Positions 39,120 to 48,093 of a stretch of DNA of 52,704 nt are shown here, one piece after another. A program made the position numbers and the translations under genes. Positions within the stretch are counted from its first letter, which is position 1. Each line of letters begins with the position of its first letter. The notes under the pieces were generated by a model, which was not told where the DNA came from, made no database searches, and saw only the letters and a list, made by a program, of their open reading frames with translations. Source of the DNA: Pseudomonadota bacterium (GTDB lineage Bacteria; Pseudomonadota; Gammaproteobacteria; Burkholderiales; SG8-39); assembly GCA_043805375.1 (NCBI GenBank), contig JAZDIA010000099.1, forward strand, positions 1 to 52,704, read 5' to 3'.

Positions 39120-39299
39120 GAGCAGGATCGGTTGCAGAAAGGAGTCGAATTATGCCACAGAAAACATCGGTTTGGAGCAGGGAATCGAGCACAAATGCGG
39201 GCCCGGCAGCGGCTCAACTGCGCAGCGTGACCAAACCGGATCGAAGCGGACTCGAAGGCCCAATCCACTGCCGCGGCAGGCGCCGGCAGGCGCGACACG

Positions 39300-40460
39300 C
39301 TAGATGCGCGCGGGGCGCACTTTCCATTGCAGCAGGCCGTACCCCGTCAGCGCTGCAAGCGATGCGGCGCTGAACGTCCAGGCCGGGCCGATACTGTCCC
39401 AGCCCAGGCCCGCGAGCGCGCTGCCCAGCACCCCGCCGGCGCCGAAAGACACCGACAGATAAATCGCCTGCCCACGCACTTGATGCGCGCCCTTGAACCA
39501 GCGGTGTATCGCCGTCACCGCCGCGGCGTGATATGCGCCGAAACTCAGGCCGTGCAACAACTGCGCCGCGAACAGCACCAGCGCCGAATCCACGCCCCAG
39601 CCGATCATGAGAAAGCGCGCCACCGTGGCGGCGAAACAAAACAGCAGGATGTCCGAAATCGAATAGCGCCGCATCATCGCCGGCATCAGCAGGAACACGA
39701 TAATTTCGGCGATCACCCCGAGGCTCCACATCCAGCCCACCGCCGCCTTGCTGTAGCCGTGATCGACGAGGTAGATCGAGTAAAACGCATACTGCGGTCC
39801 GTGCGCCAGGACCATCAGGAAACACGCGCCGAGCAGCGCGGCGACCTCGGGCCGGCGCAGTATCGTCCACACCGGTTCGGCCCCGGCGCGGCTGCTGCCT
39901 GCATGCACATCGGGCACGGCGAGCGCACACAACCAGCTGAGCGCATAAGTCGCGAGCACCATCCACAACAGGCTCGCCACCGGCAGCGCGTCGAGCGCAT
40001 AGCCGACCAGCGTGACCGTGACGATGAAGCCGATCGAGCCCCACAGGCGTATCGAACCGTAGCGGCTGGTCGCCCCGCGCAGGTGCGCGAGCGTCAGCGA
40101 CTCGGCGAGCGGCACAGGAGCGCTGGTGAAAAAGCCGATGACAAGCAGCAGCGCCAACATTCCCCAGAACGTGTCGATGAAGAAAAAACCGCCGAAGCAC
40201 GTTCCCCCGACCGCCAGCGTAATGTTGATGATGCGCGCGCGCTTGTCGGTCCGATCGGCGACCCAGCCCCAGAAGTTCGGGCCCGCCACCCGCATCAGTT
40301 GCCCCACCGAGAGCAGCAAGCCGATCTGCGCTGCGGCCAGGCCGAGCGAAGCCAGATACAGGCTGAAATATGGCGCCGCGGCGCCGACCTGGGCGAAGTA
40401 GGCGAAATAGAAGGCGGAGAGGCGCCAATAGGGAACGGCCTGCAAGGGCGGCGGGGACAA
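39300..40460 (-). CDS. MFS transporter (resembles the HcaT/phenylpropionate-permease-type subfamily)
   Basis: 386 aa with about 12 hydrophobic helices. This frame is chosen over two overlapping Arg/Ala-rich alternate-frame ORFs. Confidence 0.7.
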   Translation of the reverse strand: MSPPPLQAVPYWRLSAFYFAYFAQVGAAAPYFSLYLASLGLAAAQIGLLLSVGQLMRVAGPNFWGWVADRTDKRARIINITLAVGGTCFGGFFFIDTFWGMLALLLVIGFFTSAPVPLAESLTLAHLRGATSRYGSIRLWGSIGFIVTVTLVGYALDALPVASLLWMVLATYALSWLCALAVPDVHAGSSRAGAEPVWTILRRPEVAALLGACFLMVLAHGPQYAFYSIYLVDHGYSKAAVGWMWSLGVIAEIIVFLLMPAMMRRYSISDILLFCFAATVARFLMIGWGVDSALVLFAAQLLHGLSFGAYHAAAVTAIHRWFKGAHQVRGQAIYLSVSFGAGGVLGSALAGLGWDSIGPAWTFSAASLAALTGYGLLQWKVRPARI

Positions 40461-40536
40461 AATGAGAATCTCGGCTGCGGCAGCGCAAAGCTCAAACGTT
40501 CATTCTACATGGCGCAGCGCAAGCGCCACCTTTCTG

Positions 40537-40740
40537 CAGAGTTGCTATGTTGCACGAACGAGAAGCCGTCTGTACGCAATCGGCGATCTCGTACAAAACC
40601 ACCACGCCGTGTTTGGTGTTAACCATAACCGTGTTTTCTGAACGGATGCGCTTTTCATCCGTTCGGAAAACACGGTTGGCGCGCGCAGCGCGCAAACCCG
40701 CTGCCGACAAACGACGGTAATTCAAGCGCCGTATACGCCG
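40537..40740 (+). repeat. Composite multi-hairpin repeat, locus C, in a divergent intergenic region
   Basis: 21-bp stem at 40628-40648/40658-40678 (one G.T), then TTGGCGCGCGCAGCGCGCAA and the terminal GCCGTATA. Same orientation as loci A and B. Confidence 0.85.
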
Positions 40741-40878
40741 TGATCCGGGATGCCACCATGCAAGTCGCGCTGAATCTCCACACGCTGCCTACCGCCTAAG
40801 ATACACTGCCGCAATTTCGCGCCCTGCGGCACCGCAGTTCGCATTGCATCGAGCACATTCAAGCATCCGATCCCGCCC

Positions 40879-43851
40879 ATGCTCAAACAACTGCGCTCAC
40901 GCGGCACGCTGTTCCTGCTGTTCACCTTGTCCGGGTTCGCCGGGCTGATCTACGAATCGATCTGGAGCCATTACCTCAAGCTGTTCCTGGGGCATGCGGC
41001 CTACGCGCAGACCCTGGTGCTGGCGATATTCATGGGCGGCATGGCCCTGGGTTCCTGGCTGTGCAGCCGCTTCTCCGCGGGCTGGAAAAACCTGCTCGTC
41101 GGCTACGCGCTTACCGAAGCCGTCATCGGCGCCTGCGCGCTCGCGTTTCACCCGCTGTTCGTCGCAGCGACCAACGCGGCTTTCGACTCCGTCCTGCCTG
41201 TGCTCGGATCCGAATTCGCGGCCACTGGCTTCAAGTGGTCCCTGGGCACGGTGCTGATCCTGCCGCAGTCAATTTTGCTCGGCATGACCTTTCCGCTGAT
41301 GAGCGGCGGGCTCATCCGCCGTCATCCGGATGCGCCGGGCGCGACGCTTGCCATGCTTTATTTCACGAACAGCCTGGGCGCTGCGATCGGCGTGCTGGCA
41401 AGCGGCTTTTTCATGATCGAAAAACTGGGCTTGCCCGGCACCATACAGGCAGCCGGCATGATGAATCTGACGCTGGCGGCGGCGGTATGGCTGATCGCGC
41501 GCGGTGCCGAGCCCCCCGCCGCCGTCCCGCTCGGCATAGATCAAGACGCAGACCGCGGCTATTTCAGGATGCTGCTCGCCGCCGCCCTTTTGACCGGTGC
41601 CGCCTCCTTCATCTACGAAATCGGCTGGATCAGGATGCTCAGCCTGGTGCTGGGCGCTTCCACCCATTCGTTCGAACTGATGCTCTCGGCCTTTATCTTG
41701 GGCCTCGCCTGCGGTGGCTATTGGGTGAAGCGCCGCATCGAGAGCACTTCTGACCCGACGCGCCTGCTCGGCGTGGTGCAGGTGGCGATGGGGCTGCTCG
41801 CGCTCGCGACGCTGCCGCTTTACGGCGCCATGTTCGACGCCATGGCAGGAATAATGAAAGGCTTGGCGCGCACCGAAACCGGCTACGCGCTCTACCACGT
41901 TTCCAGCCACGCCATCGCGCTCGCCATCATGTTCCCGGCCACCTTCTGCGCCGGCATGACCCTGCCGCTCATCACCTATGCCCTGCTGCGCCGCGGCTAC
42001 GGCGAAAAAAGCATAGGCGCGGTCTACGCCGCCAATACCCTGGGCGCGATCCTGGGCGTGTTCGCCGCCGCGCACCTGGGACTGCCACTCTTGGGCCTGA
42101 AGAACCTGATCGCGGCGGGCGCGGCGATCGACACGGTGCTTGGCGTGTACTTGCTGTGGCGCGTCGCCCCAAGCAAGTTAGCCCCGACGCTGGCCGGCGG
42201 CGTGGTCGCGCTGGCGTTGGCGCTCGCCTTTGGCCCAATGCAGTTCGACGTTCACCGCATGGTGTCGGGCGTGTTTCGCCACGGCACCATTTTCACCGCG
42301 GCCGACATCAAGCCGCTCTATTACAAGGACGGCAAGACCGCCACCGTCAGCCTGGTGGAATTTGCGGAAGGCACCAGCATCCGCACCAACGCCAAATCCG
42401 ACGGCGCGATCAACCTGAAGCCAGGCGCGCGCATCTCGGACGAAATCACCATGGTGCTCACGGCAGTGCTGCCGCTGGCGGTAAAGCCCGAAGCGAAGAA
42501 CGCCGCCATCATCGGCATGGGCACCGGACTCACGGTGCATACCATGCTCGCCAATTCGAAAATGGAAACCGTCGAAACCATCGAGATCGAGCCCGCCATG
42601 GTGGAGGCGGCACGCGGCTTCAATGCGCGCAATGCCAACGCCTACGCCGATCCGCGCAGCCACATCCGCATCGACGATGCCAAGACCTTCTTCTCCACCC
42701 ACAACGGAAGATACGACATCATCATCTCCGAGCCTTCCAACCCTTGGGTGAGCGGTGTTTCCAATTTGTTTTCGAACGAGTTCTACCATTTGGTGCGCCG
42801 CTACCTCAAGCCAGGCGGCGTGCTGGTGCAGTGGTTCCAGTTGTATGAAACCGACGTCAGCCTGGTGGCTTCCGTGCTGCGCGCGCTGGGCGACAACTTT
42901 CCCGATTACGCCATCTACGCCTCCTCCGACAACGACCTGCTGATCGTCGCCGGCGATGTCGCCACGCTGGCGCAGCCGCTCGCCGACGTGTTCCGCGAGC
43001 CCGGTCTGGCGCAGGAACTACGTACGGTGCATCTGCAAAGTCTGGCTGACCTGCAGATACGCAAGATCGCCACCCGCGCCAGCATTCACCCGCTGGTGCG
43101 AAGCTTTGCGGTGCCTGCAAACTCGGACTACTACCCCTATCTCGACCTGAACGCAGCGCGCTACCGTTTCCTGCAGCAAAGCGCCGGCGACGTTGCCGCC
43201 TTGAACGCGGCCAGCGTACCGGTGATCCCCATGCTGGAGGGCAACAACACGCTGCCGCAGGTGTCGCTGGACGGTGCCGACTACTTCAACCGCATCGAGC
43301 AGATACGCCGCGCGCAATACATCCGTGACACTTATCTCAAACCGAATCCGCCCGAGCCGATGGCGATGCCGCGCGCGCTGCAAAAGGACCTGGAACTCGC
43401 GAGCCTGCGCGCGCTCGACTGCTGGGATCCGTCACGGCACGACGTCTGGCTGCACTCCCTGTTCCAGGTGGCGGTCGTGGTCAACCCTTTCCTTGCGCCC
43501 GAGGAAACCGGGGCAATATGGAAGCGATTCGAAACCACGGGCTGCTACGGCTCGCTGCCGCAGGCATACAAACTGTGGATCGCGTTATTCAAGGCGGTCG
43601 GCGCAAGAGACGGCGCCGCTATGGCCAAGCTCGCCGAGCAGCTGTTTGCCAAACCGAGCGACCTGCCGTCGGAGAGCCGGCCCTATTTGCTAACGGCAGC
43701 GATGACCGGCTATCTCGCCCAGAACAAACCTCACGAAGCCTTGCAAGCCTGGGCGCGCTACTCGCCGCAGATTTCGAGCGTTGAACGCTCGCAGCTCATG
43801 CTGCGACTGCTCTACGCCAAGGCGAGCGGCGGCAAGCCGCCGCCGAACTAG
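40879..43851 (+). CDS. Fused polytopic membrane domain / spermidine synthase-like (SAM-MTase fold) protein with an extra C-terminal region of about 270 aa
   Basis: About 480 aa of repeated TM helices, then IIGMGTGLT...IEIEPAMV...IISEPSNPW...GGVLVQW (spermidine-synthase-like motifs), then a helical tail. 990 aa. Confidence 0.75.
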   Translation: MLKQLRSRGTLFLLFTLSGFAGLIYESIWSHYLKLFLGHAAYAQTLVLAIFMGGMALGSWLCSRFSAGWKNLLVGYALTEAVIGACALAFHPLFVAATNAAFDSVLPVLGSEFAATGFKWSLGTVLILPQSILLGMTFPLMSGGLIRRHPDAPGATLAMLYFTNSLGAAIGVLASGFFMIEKLGLPGTIQAAGMMNLTLAAAVWLIARGAEPPAAVPLGIDQDADRGYFRMLLAAALLTGAASFIYEIGWIRMLSLVLGASTHSFELMLSAFILGLACGGYWVKRRIESTSDPTRLLGVVQVAMGLLALATLPLYGAMFDAMAGIMKGLARTETGYALYHVSSHAIALAIMFPATFCAGMTLPLITYALLRRGYGEKSIGAVYAANTLGAILGVFAAAHLGLPLLGLKNLIAAGAAIDTVLGVYLLWRVAPSKLAPTLAGGVVALALALAFGPMQFDVHRMVSGVFRHGTIFTAADIKPLYYKDGKTATVSLVEFAEGTSIRTNAKSDGAINLKPGARISDEITMVLTAVLPLAVKPEAKNAAIIGMGTGLTVHTMLANSKMETVETIEIEPAMVEAARGFNARNANAYADPRSHIRIDDAKTFFSTHNGRYDIIISEPSNPWVSGVSNLFSNEFYHLVRRYLKPGGVLVQWFQLYETDVSLVASVLRALGDNFPDYAIYASSDNDLLIVAGDVATLAQPLADVFREPGLAQELRTVHLQSLADLQIRKIATRASIHPLVRSFAVPANSDYYPYLDLNAARYRFLQQSAGDVAALNAASVPVIPMLEGNNTLPQVSLDGADYFNRIEQIRRAQYIRDTYLKPNPPEPMAMPRALQKDLELASLRALDCWDPSRHDVWLHSLFQVAVVVNPFLAPEETGAIWKRFETTGCYGSLPQAYKLWIALFKAVGARDGAAMAKLAEQLFAKPSDLPSESRPYLLTAAMTGYLAQNKPHEALQAWARYSPQISSVERSQLMLRLLYAKASGGKPPPN

Positions 43852-43856
43852 GCGTC

Positions 43857-45020
43857 CTAAGCTTCGTCAGCGTCTGGATTGTCGACCGGCTTCGCCGCGT
43901 ACTTCGCCGCGATCCCCGGGTCGGACACGCGCGCTGCGATTGCCGGCGTCGCTACTTTCACGTCGGCGTTCTGCGCGCGGTGCCGCAATGCATGATCCGC
44001 GAGCACCAGCGCCAGCATCGCCTCCGCGATCGGCGTGGAGCGAATGCCGACGCAGGGGTCGTGGCGGCCGTGGGTCTCCACGGTTACCGCTTCGCCTTTC
44101 TTGTTGATCGAGCGGCGCGCGAGGCGGATGCTGGAGGTAGGCTTGATGGCGAGGTTCACCACCAGGTCCTGGCCGGTGGAAATCCCGCCCAGGATGCCGC
44201 CGGCGTTGTTGGACAGGAAGCCCTCGGGCGTGAGCTCATCCGAATGCTCGCTGCCCTTTTGTTCGACCGCGGTGAAGCCCGCGCCGATTTCGACGCCCTT
44301 CACCGCGTTGATGCCCATCATGGCATAGGCGATGTCGGCGTCGAGCCGGTCGTACACCGGCTCGCCCCAGCCCACCGGCACGCCTGCCGCGACGACGGTG
44401 ATTCTCGCGCCGCAGGAATCCCCGCTCTTGCGCAGCGCGTCCATGTACGCTTCCAGCGCTGCCACCGCCGACAGGTCCGCCACGAAGAATGGATTTTGAT
44501 CAACCGCGCTCCAGTCCTTGAGCGCGACTTTGTTCGACCCGAGCTGCGACAAATAGCCGCGCACCGTGATGCCATACCTTTGTTGCAACCACTTCTTCGC
44601 AATCGCGCCCGCGGCAACGCGCACCAGGGTCTCGCGCGCCGAGGCCCGCCCGCCGCCGCGATAGTCGCGGATGCCATACTTCTGCCAATAGGTGTAGTCG
44701 GCATGGCCCGGGCGGAAGGTCTCGGCGATGTTGCCGTAGTCCTTGCTCTTCTGGTCCTCGTTGCGAACCAGAAAACCGATGGCGGTGCCGGTGGTCCTGC
44801 CCTCGAACACGCCGGAGAGAATTTCGACACGGTCGTCCTCGCGCCGCTGCGTCACATGGCGCGAAGTGCCGGGCTTCCTGCGGTCGAGTTCCTGCTGGAT
44901 GTCGGCTTCGGAGAGCTCAAGCCCCGGCGGGCAGCCGTCCACGACGCCGCCGTAGGCGGGGCCGTGCGACTCGCCAAACGATGTGACGCAGAACAGTTTT
45001 CCCAGAGTGTTGCCAGACAT
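43857..45020 (-). CDS. aroC: Chorismate synthase
   Basis: [29 protein letters not shown]. About 20-aa C-terminal extension. Confidence 0.95.
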   Translation of the reverse strand: MSGNTLGKLFCVTSFGESHGPAYGGVVDGCPPGLELSEADIQQELDRRKPGTSRHVTQRREDDRVEILSGVFEGRTTGTAIGFLVRNEDQKSKDYGNIAETFRPGHADYTYWQKYGIRDYRGGGRASARETLVRVAAGAIAKKWLQQRYGITVRGYLSQLGSNKVALKDWSAVDQNPFFVADLSAVAALEAYMDALRKSGDSCGARITVVAAGVPVGWGEPVYDRLDADIAYAMMGINAVKGVEIGAGFTAVEQKGSEHSDELTPEGFLSNNAGGILGGISTGQDLVVNLAIKPTSSIRLARRSINKKGEAVTVETHGRHDPCVGIRSTPIAEAMLALVLADHALRHRAQNADVKVATPAIAARVSDPGIAAKYAAKPVDNPDADEA

Positions 45021-45084
45021 GATTTCACTCGCGGATTTGCTGCGGCGAGTTTAACATATCCTTCTCGCCCACCCACCGAACGCC

Positions 45085-45270
45085 ATGGCAGACAACGATC
45101 CGAAGAAACTCAAAGGCCCTGGCGGCCTGACACTGCGCCGGATCCACGAGCAGGTGAAGCGAAGCGTCGAGCGCGACCGCCAGGCGCAGGTCACGCAGAA
45201 CAAGCTGGCGCAGCCGCAGAGTCGCTGGCAGCGCTTCGCGCGCTACGTCTGGGACCGCAAACGGCCGTAG
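45085..45270 (+). CDS. Hypothetical small basic protein (61 aa)
   Basis: ATG-initiated ORF in an otherwise empty gap, with host-like G/C-rich third codon positions. No obvious SD, no recognisable domain. Confidence 0.35.
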   Translation: MADNDPKKLKGPGGLTLRRIHEQVKRSVERDRQAQVTQNKLAQPQSRWQRFARYVWDRKRP

Positions 45271-45339
45271 CGATCAGGCACGAGGAGAAGAATCTGCCTG
45301 CGCCGAATATCGCCTCCGGCTGCCCCGCGGTTGGTCCGA

Positions 45340-46620
45340 CTAGCTGGATTTTTCGAAGAACCAGCGCGTCTCGAATATCCGCGCCGCCAGGCGCTTGCCG
45401 CCCGCGCGCAGGCTGCGTTTCAGCACGAAGTCGAACAACAGCGGATTGTGCTCGCGCAGGCCCTTGAGGAGCGGCGCCGCGCTTTTTTCGATGTAGCCCA
45501 GTTCCACCAGGTAGTCCACCGAGTAAAGCGGGAACACGCCCGGCAGCGGATAGTCCGAGCCGTTCAGCAGGCGCGCATGCCAGTCTTCGCGCTCGATCAC
45601 GCGACCGAGTACCGGCCAGGCGCGCGCGGTCTGCGTCATGGCGGAGATGTCGCCGTAGAGCTTGCCGGCATAGCGCGGCTCGTCCATCAGCCGCGCGAAC
45701 AATTCGAAACTGCGGATCGCCGCGCCGTTCGCGCCGCGGTCGGTATCGCGGTCCTGCCCCATGGAAGCGCAATGCGCCACCACCACGCGCACGCCGTGAT
45801 CGAGCGCGCGCCGCAGGCGCAGCGGATTGCCCAGTTCCTGCGCATCCGTCCCCGGCAGCGCGCGCTCCAGGCCCGCGTGCGTGATCAGCGGCAGGTCGAG
45901 CCGCGCGAGCGCCGCGTAGAAGCGATCGCACCGTTTCGATGCCGGGTCGATGCCCATCGTCGAAGGCAGCCACTTCACCGCGCGCGCACCCTCGCCTGCC
46001 GCCGCATCCAGTCGCTCGACGCAGTCGCGGCGATACGGGTGCACCGAGGCGGCCCATTCGAAGGTTTGCGCATGGCGCTCGGCCACTTCGGCGGCGTAGC
46101 GGTTGGGGACGTAGAGGCTGGTTCGTTCCCACGACACCTCGCCCGCCTCGGTCACGCTCGCGTCGAAAGCGAGCAGCAGCAGCTTCGCTCCTGGGCGCAT
46201 GTCGCCGACCAGCTTGCGCATGCGCTCGACATAGCCTTGGTCCACCCGCCCCGGCACATCGCGCACGCAGCCCGCATTCATGAAAATGAGGCGCCGCGCG
46301 TACGCGATCGGATCGAGCACGCGCTCCATTGCCGGATTGAGAGTGATGCCGCTGCCCGAATCGCCGCTGCCCGCCAGGTGGCAGTGGCCGTCCCACATCT
46401 TGCCCGGGTCGATGCCGTCCCAGGCGGCGCGCACCAGTTCGTGCCGGGCGAGCGCTTCGGGCAGGGCGCCGCGGCACGGATTGATGAAGCCCTGCTCCGG
46501 CCAATAGCGCCAGGCGGCGAGCCCGCCCGCGCCAAGGCAAGCACCGGCGCCGGCGGCGAGAAATTTTCGGCGGGTAATTGTCAGAGCAGCGCGGCTACGT
46601 TGGCGAATTCTTGATGTCAC
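45340..46620 (-). CDS. Tat-exported metal-dependent amidohydrolase-fold protein (GTG start)
   Basis: Twin-arginine signal TRRKFLAAGAGA. HxH metal motif (WDGHCHL) and later His/Asp residues. 426 aa. Confidence 0.7.
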   Translation of the reverse strand: MTSRIRQRSRAALTITRRKFLAAGAGACLGAGGLAAWRYWPEQGFINPCRGALPEALARHELVRAAWDGIDPGKMWDGHCHLAGSGDSGSGITLNPAMERVLDPIAYARRLIFMNAGCVRDVPGRVDQGYVERMRKLVGDMRPGAKLLLLAFDASVTEAGEVSWERTSLYVPNRYAAEVAERHAQTFEWAASVHPYRRDCVERLDAAAGEGARAVKWLPSTMGIDPASKRCDRFYAALARLDLPLITHAGLERALPGTDAQELGNPLRLRRALDHGVRVVVAHCASMGQDRDTDRGANGAAIRSFELFARLMDEPRYAGKLYGDISAMTQTARAWPVLGRVIEREDWHARLLNGSDYPLPGVFPLYSVDYLVELGYIEKSAAPLLKGLREHNPLLFDFVLKRSLRAGGKRLAARIFETRWFFEKSS

Positions 46621-46802
46621 TCTCGATCATGCGATTCTCGAACGCCTGCTCCTCCGGAGCGATGGAGAGTAGCAGCTCACCTCCTATGCCGAGAATGTCC
46701 CGAAACCGCATGTTGTCGTCCCTCGAATAAGGCGAATCACAGTCTAGACCAAGCCGCAGACGCCTGCCAGTCGGCATCGCTCGACTTGCACGAAAACAGG
46801 GG

Positions 46803-47081
46803 CTATTTCGCCGACCGGTTTACCAGCGCGATCCCCGCGGCCACCAGCAGCGCGGCGCCGATGAAAGCCGCGCTGAGCGGTTCGGCGAGGAAGATCACGC
46901 CGAACAGCGGCGTCAGAAACGAGAACACCGCCAGCCTGCCGGCGAGATAGCGCGTCAGCAACCAGAACCACGCGAGGTAACTGGCGAAGGCGACGATCAC
47001 GGCCTGATAGGCGAGACACGCGAGCACCGTTGGCGTGAGCGCGAACACGCCCGGCTCGCCAGCGGCAAGCGACGCGAGTGG
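46803..47081 (-). pseudogene. 3' remnant of a DMT/EamA-family transporter gene; roughly the last third only
   Basis: Encodes ...PLASLAAGEPGVFALTPTVLACLAYQAVIVAFASYLAWFWLL...PLFGVIFLAEPLS...AAGIALV, i.e. the last helices of an EamA repeat. In-frame TAG at 47082-47084; no upstream helices. Confidence 0.6.
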
Positions 47082-47135
47082 CTATTCGAAATCTGAAACT
47101 CGCCGAATTCCCGCGCCCCGGTCGGCCGGTGCGGA

Positions 47136-47963
47136 TTAGTCCTCGGCCAGCCCCAAGTGCGCGCCGATCGGCTGCGCCGGGTAATGGAACGCGATCGGCC
47201 CTTCGGGCTCGGCGTGGATGAACTGGTGCACTACCGGATTGTCGGAAGCGAGCATCGCGTCCGGCGAGCCCTCGCCGAGGACCACGCCGTCCGCGATGAC
47301 ATACAGATAGTCGACCAGCTTGAGCGACTCGCTCACGTCGTAGGTGACGATGATCGAGGTGGTGCCCAGGGCGTCGTTCAGGCGGCGGATCAGGTCGGCA
47401 ATGACGTTGAGCGAAATCGGGTCCAGGCCCGCGAACGGCTCGTCGTACATCGCCAGCATCGGGTCGTGCACGATGGCGCGCGCGAGCGCGACGCGGCGCG
47501 CCATGCCGCCGGAGAGCTCGCTCGGCATGAAATCCCGCGCGCCGCGCAGTCCGACCACGTGCAGCTTCATCAAAATGAGGGAGCGAATCAACTCTTCCGG
47601 CAGGTCGGAATTTTCGCGCAGCGGAAACGCGATGTTCTCGTATACCGACAAGTCGGTGAACAGCCCTCCCGCCTGGAACATCATGCCCATCTTGCGTCGC
47701 AGCCGGTAGAGGCTGTCGGTGTCGAGCTCGTGCACCAGTTCGCCCGCGACCCGGACGGTGCCTTGCGCCGGCTTGTCCTGCCCGCCGATCAGCCGCAGCA
47801 AGGTGGACTTGCCGCAGCCGCTCGCCCCCAGGATGGCGACAACCTTGCCGCGTGGAATCTTGAGGCTGAGGCCCTTCAAGATTTCGCGTTCGCCGTAATT
47901 GAACCTGACGTCGGTGATTTCGACCAAGTTATCGGAGGAGGGATTCATCAAAGGGGGAGGCAT
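47136..47963 (-). CDS. mlaF: MlaF-like ABC transporter ATP-binding protein, with no cognate permease gene downstream
   Basis: Collinear with E. coli MlaF as recalled (GASGCGKSTLLRLIGGQ, LSGGMARRVALARA, YDEPFAGLDP, C-terminal ...FHYP tail). Confidence 0.75.
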   Translation of the reverse strand: MPPPLMNPSSDNLVEITDVRFNYGEREILKGLSLKIPRGKVVAILGASGCGKSTLLRLIGGQDKPAQGTVRVAGELVHELDTDSLYRLRRKMGMMFQAGGLFTDLSVYENIAFPLRENSDLPEELIRSLILMKLHVVGLRGARDFMPSELSGGMARRVALARAIVHDPMLAMYDEPFAGLDPISLNVIADLIRRLNDALGTTSIIVTYDVSESLKLVDYLYVIADGVVLGEGSPDAMLASDNPVVHQFIHAEPEGPIAFHYPAQPIGAHLGLAED

Positions 47964-48093
47964 CGGCGACGGTCTTGCCGCGATTTTACACGGCTTCCCG
48001 GCGGCATGAACCCCGGCGTGGGCCCGGGGGCGCAGGCGCCGGCCTGCGGACGGCGCCGTATCGCGTATAGTCCGACTTTAACAGGAGGCGGAG

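Noticed and set aside
35901-39230. Plus-strand ORFs 35901..37268 and 37587..39230 opposite leuB, leuD and leuC
   Set aside because: Antisense to three canonical leucine-biosynthesis genes. The translations are low-complexity and Arg/His/Ala-rich.
39120-39299. A leucine-rich leader peptide or attenuator upstream of leuC
   Set aside because: The only mini-ORF on the minus strand encodes MFSVA with no Leu run, and there is no clear terminator/antiterminator pair.
39214-40622. ORFs 39214..40488 (-) and 39327..40622 (+) overlapping the MFS transporter
   Set aside because: These are an alternate frame and the antisense of 39300..40460. Only that frame gives a hydrophobic 12-helix pattern; the others are Arg/Gly/Pro-rich.
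40722-40925. 67-aa ORF on the - strand upstream of the fused spermidine-synthase-like gene
   Set aside because: It overlaps the start of the 990-aa gene and the end of repeat locus C. It has no SD or motif and is probably spurious.
43980-46614. ORFs 43980..45467 (+), 45191..46540 (-) and 45331..46614 (+)
   Set aside because: They are antisense or alternate frames of aroC and the amidohydrolase gene. They lack motifs and have the Arg/Ala/Gly bias typical of GC-rich off-frame ORFs.
46595-46777. 60-aa ORF (-) in the gap between the amidohydrolase gene and the DMT remnant
   Set aside because: Its third-position G/C bias is weaker than in real genes here, it overlaps the amidohydrolase start, and it has no recognisable domain. 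It may be debris from the same deletion event, but that is not supportable.
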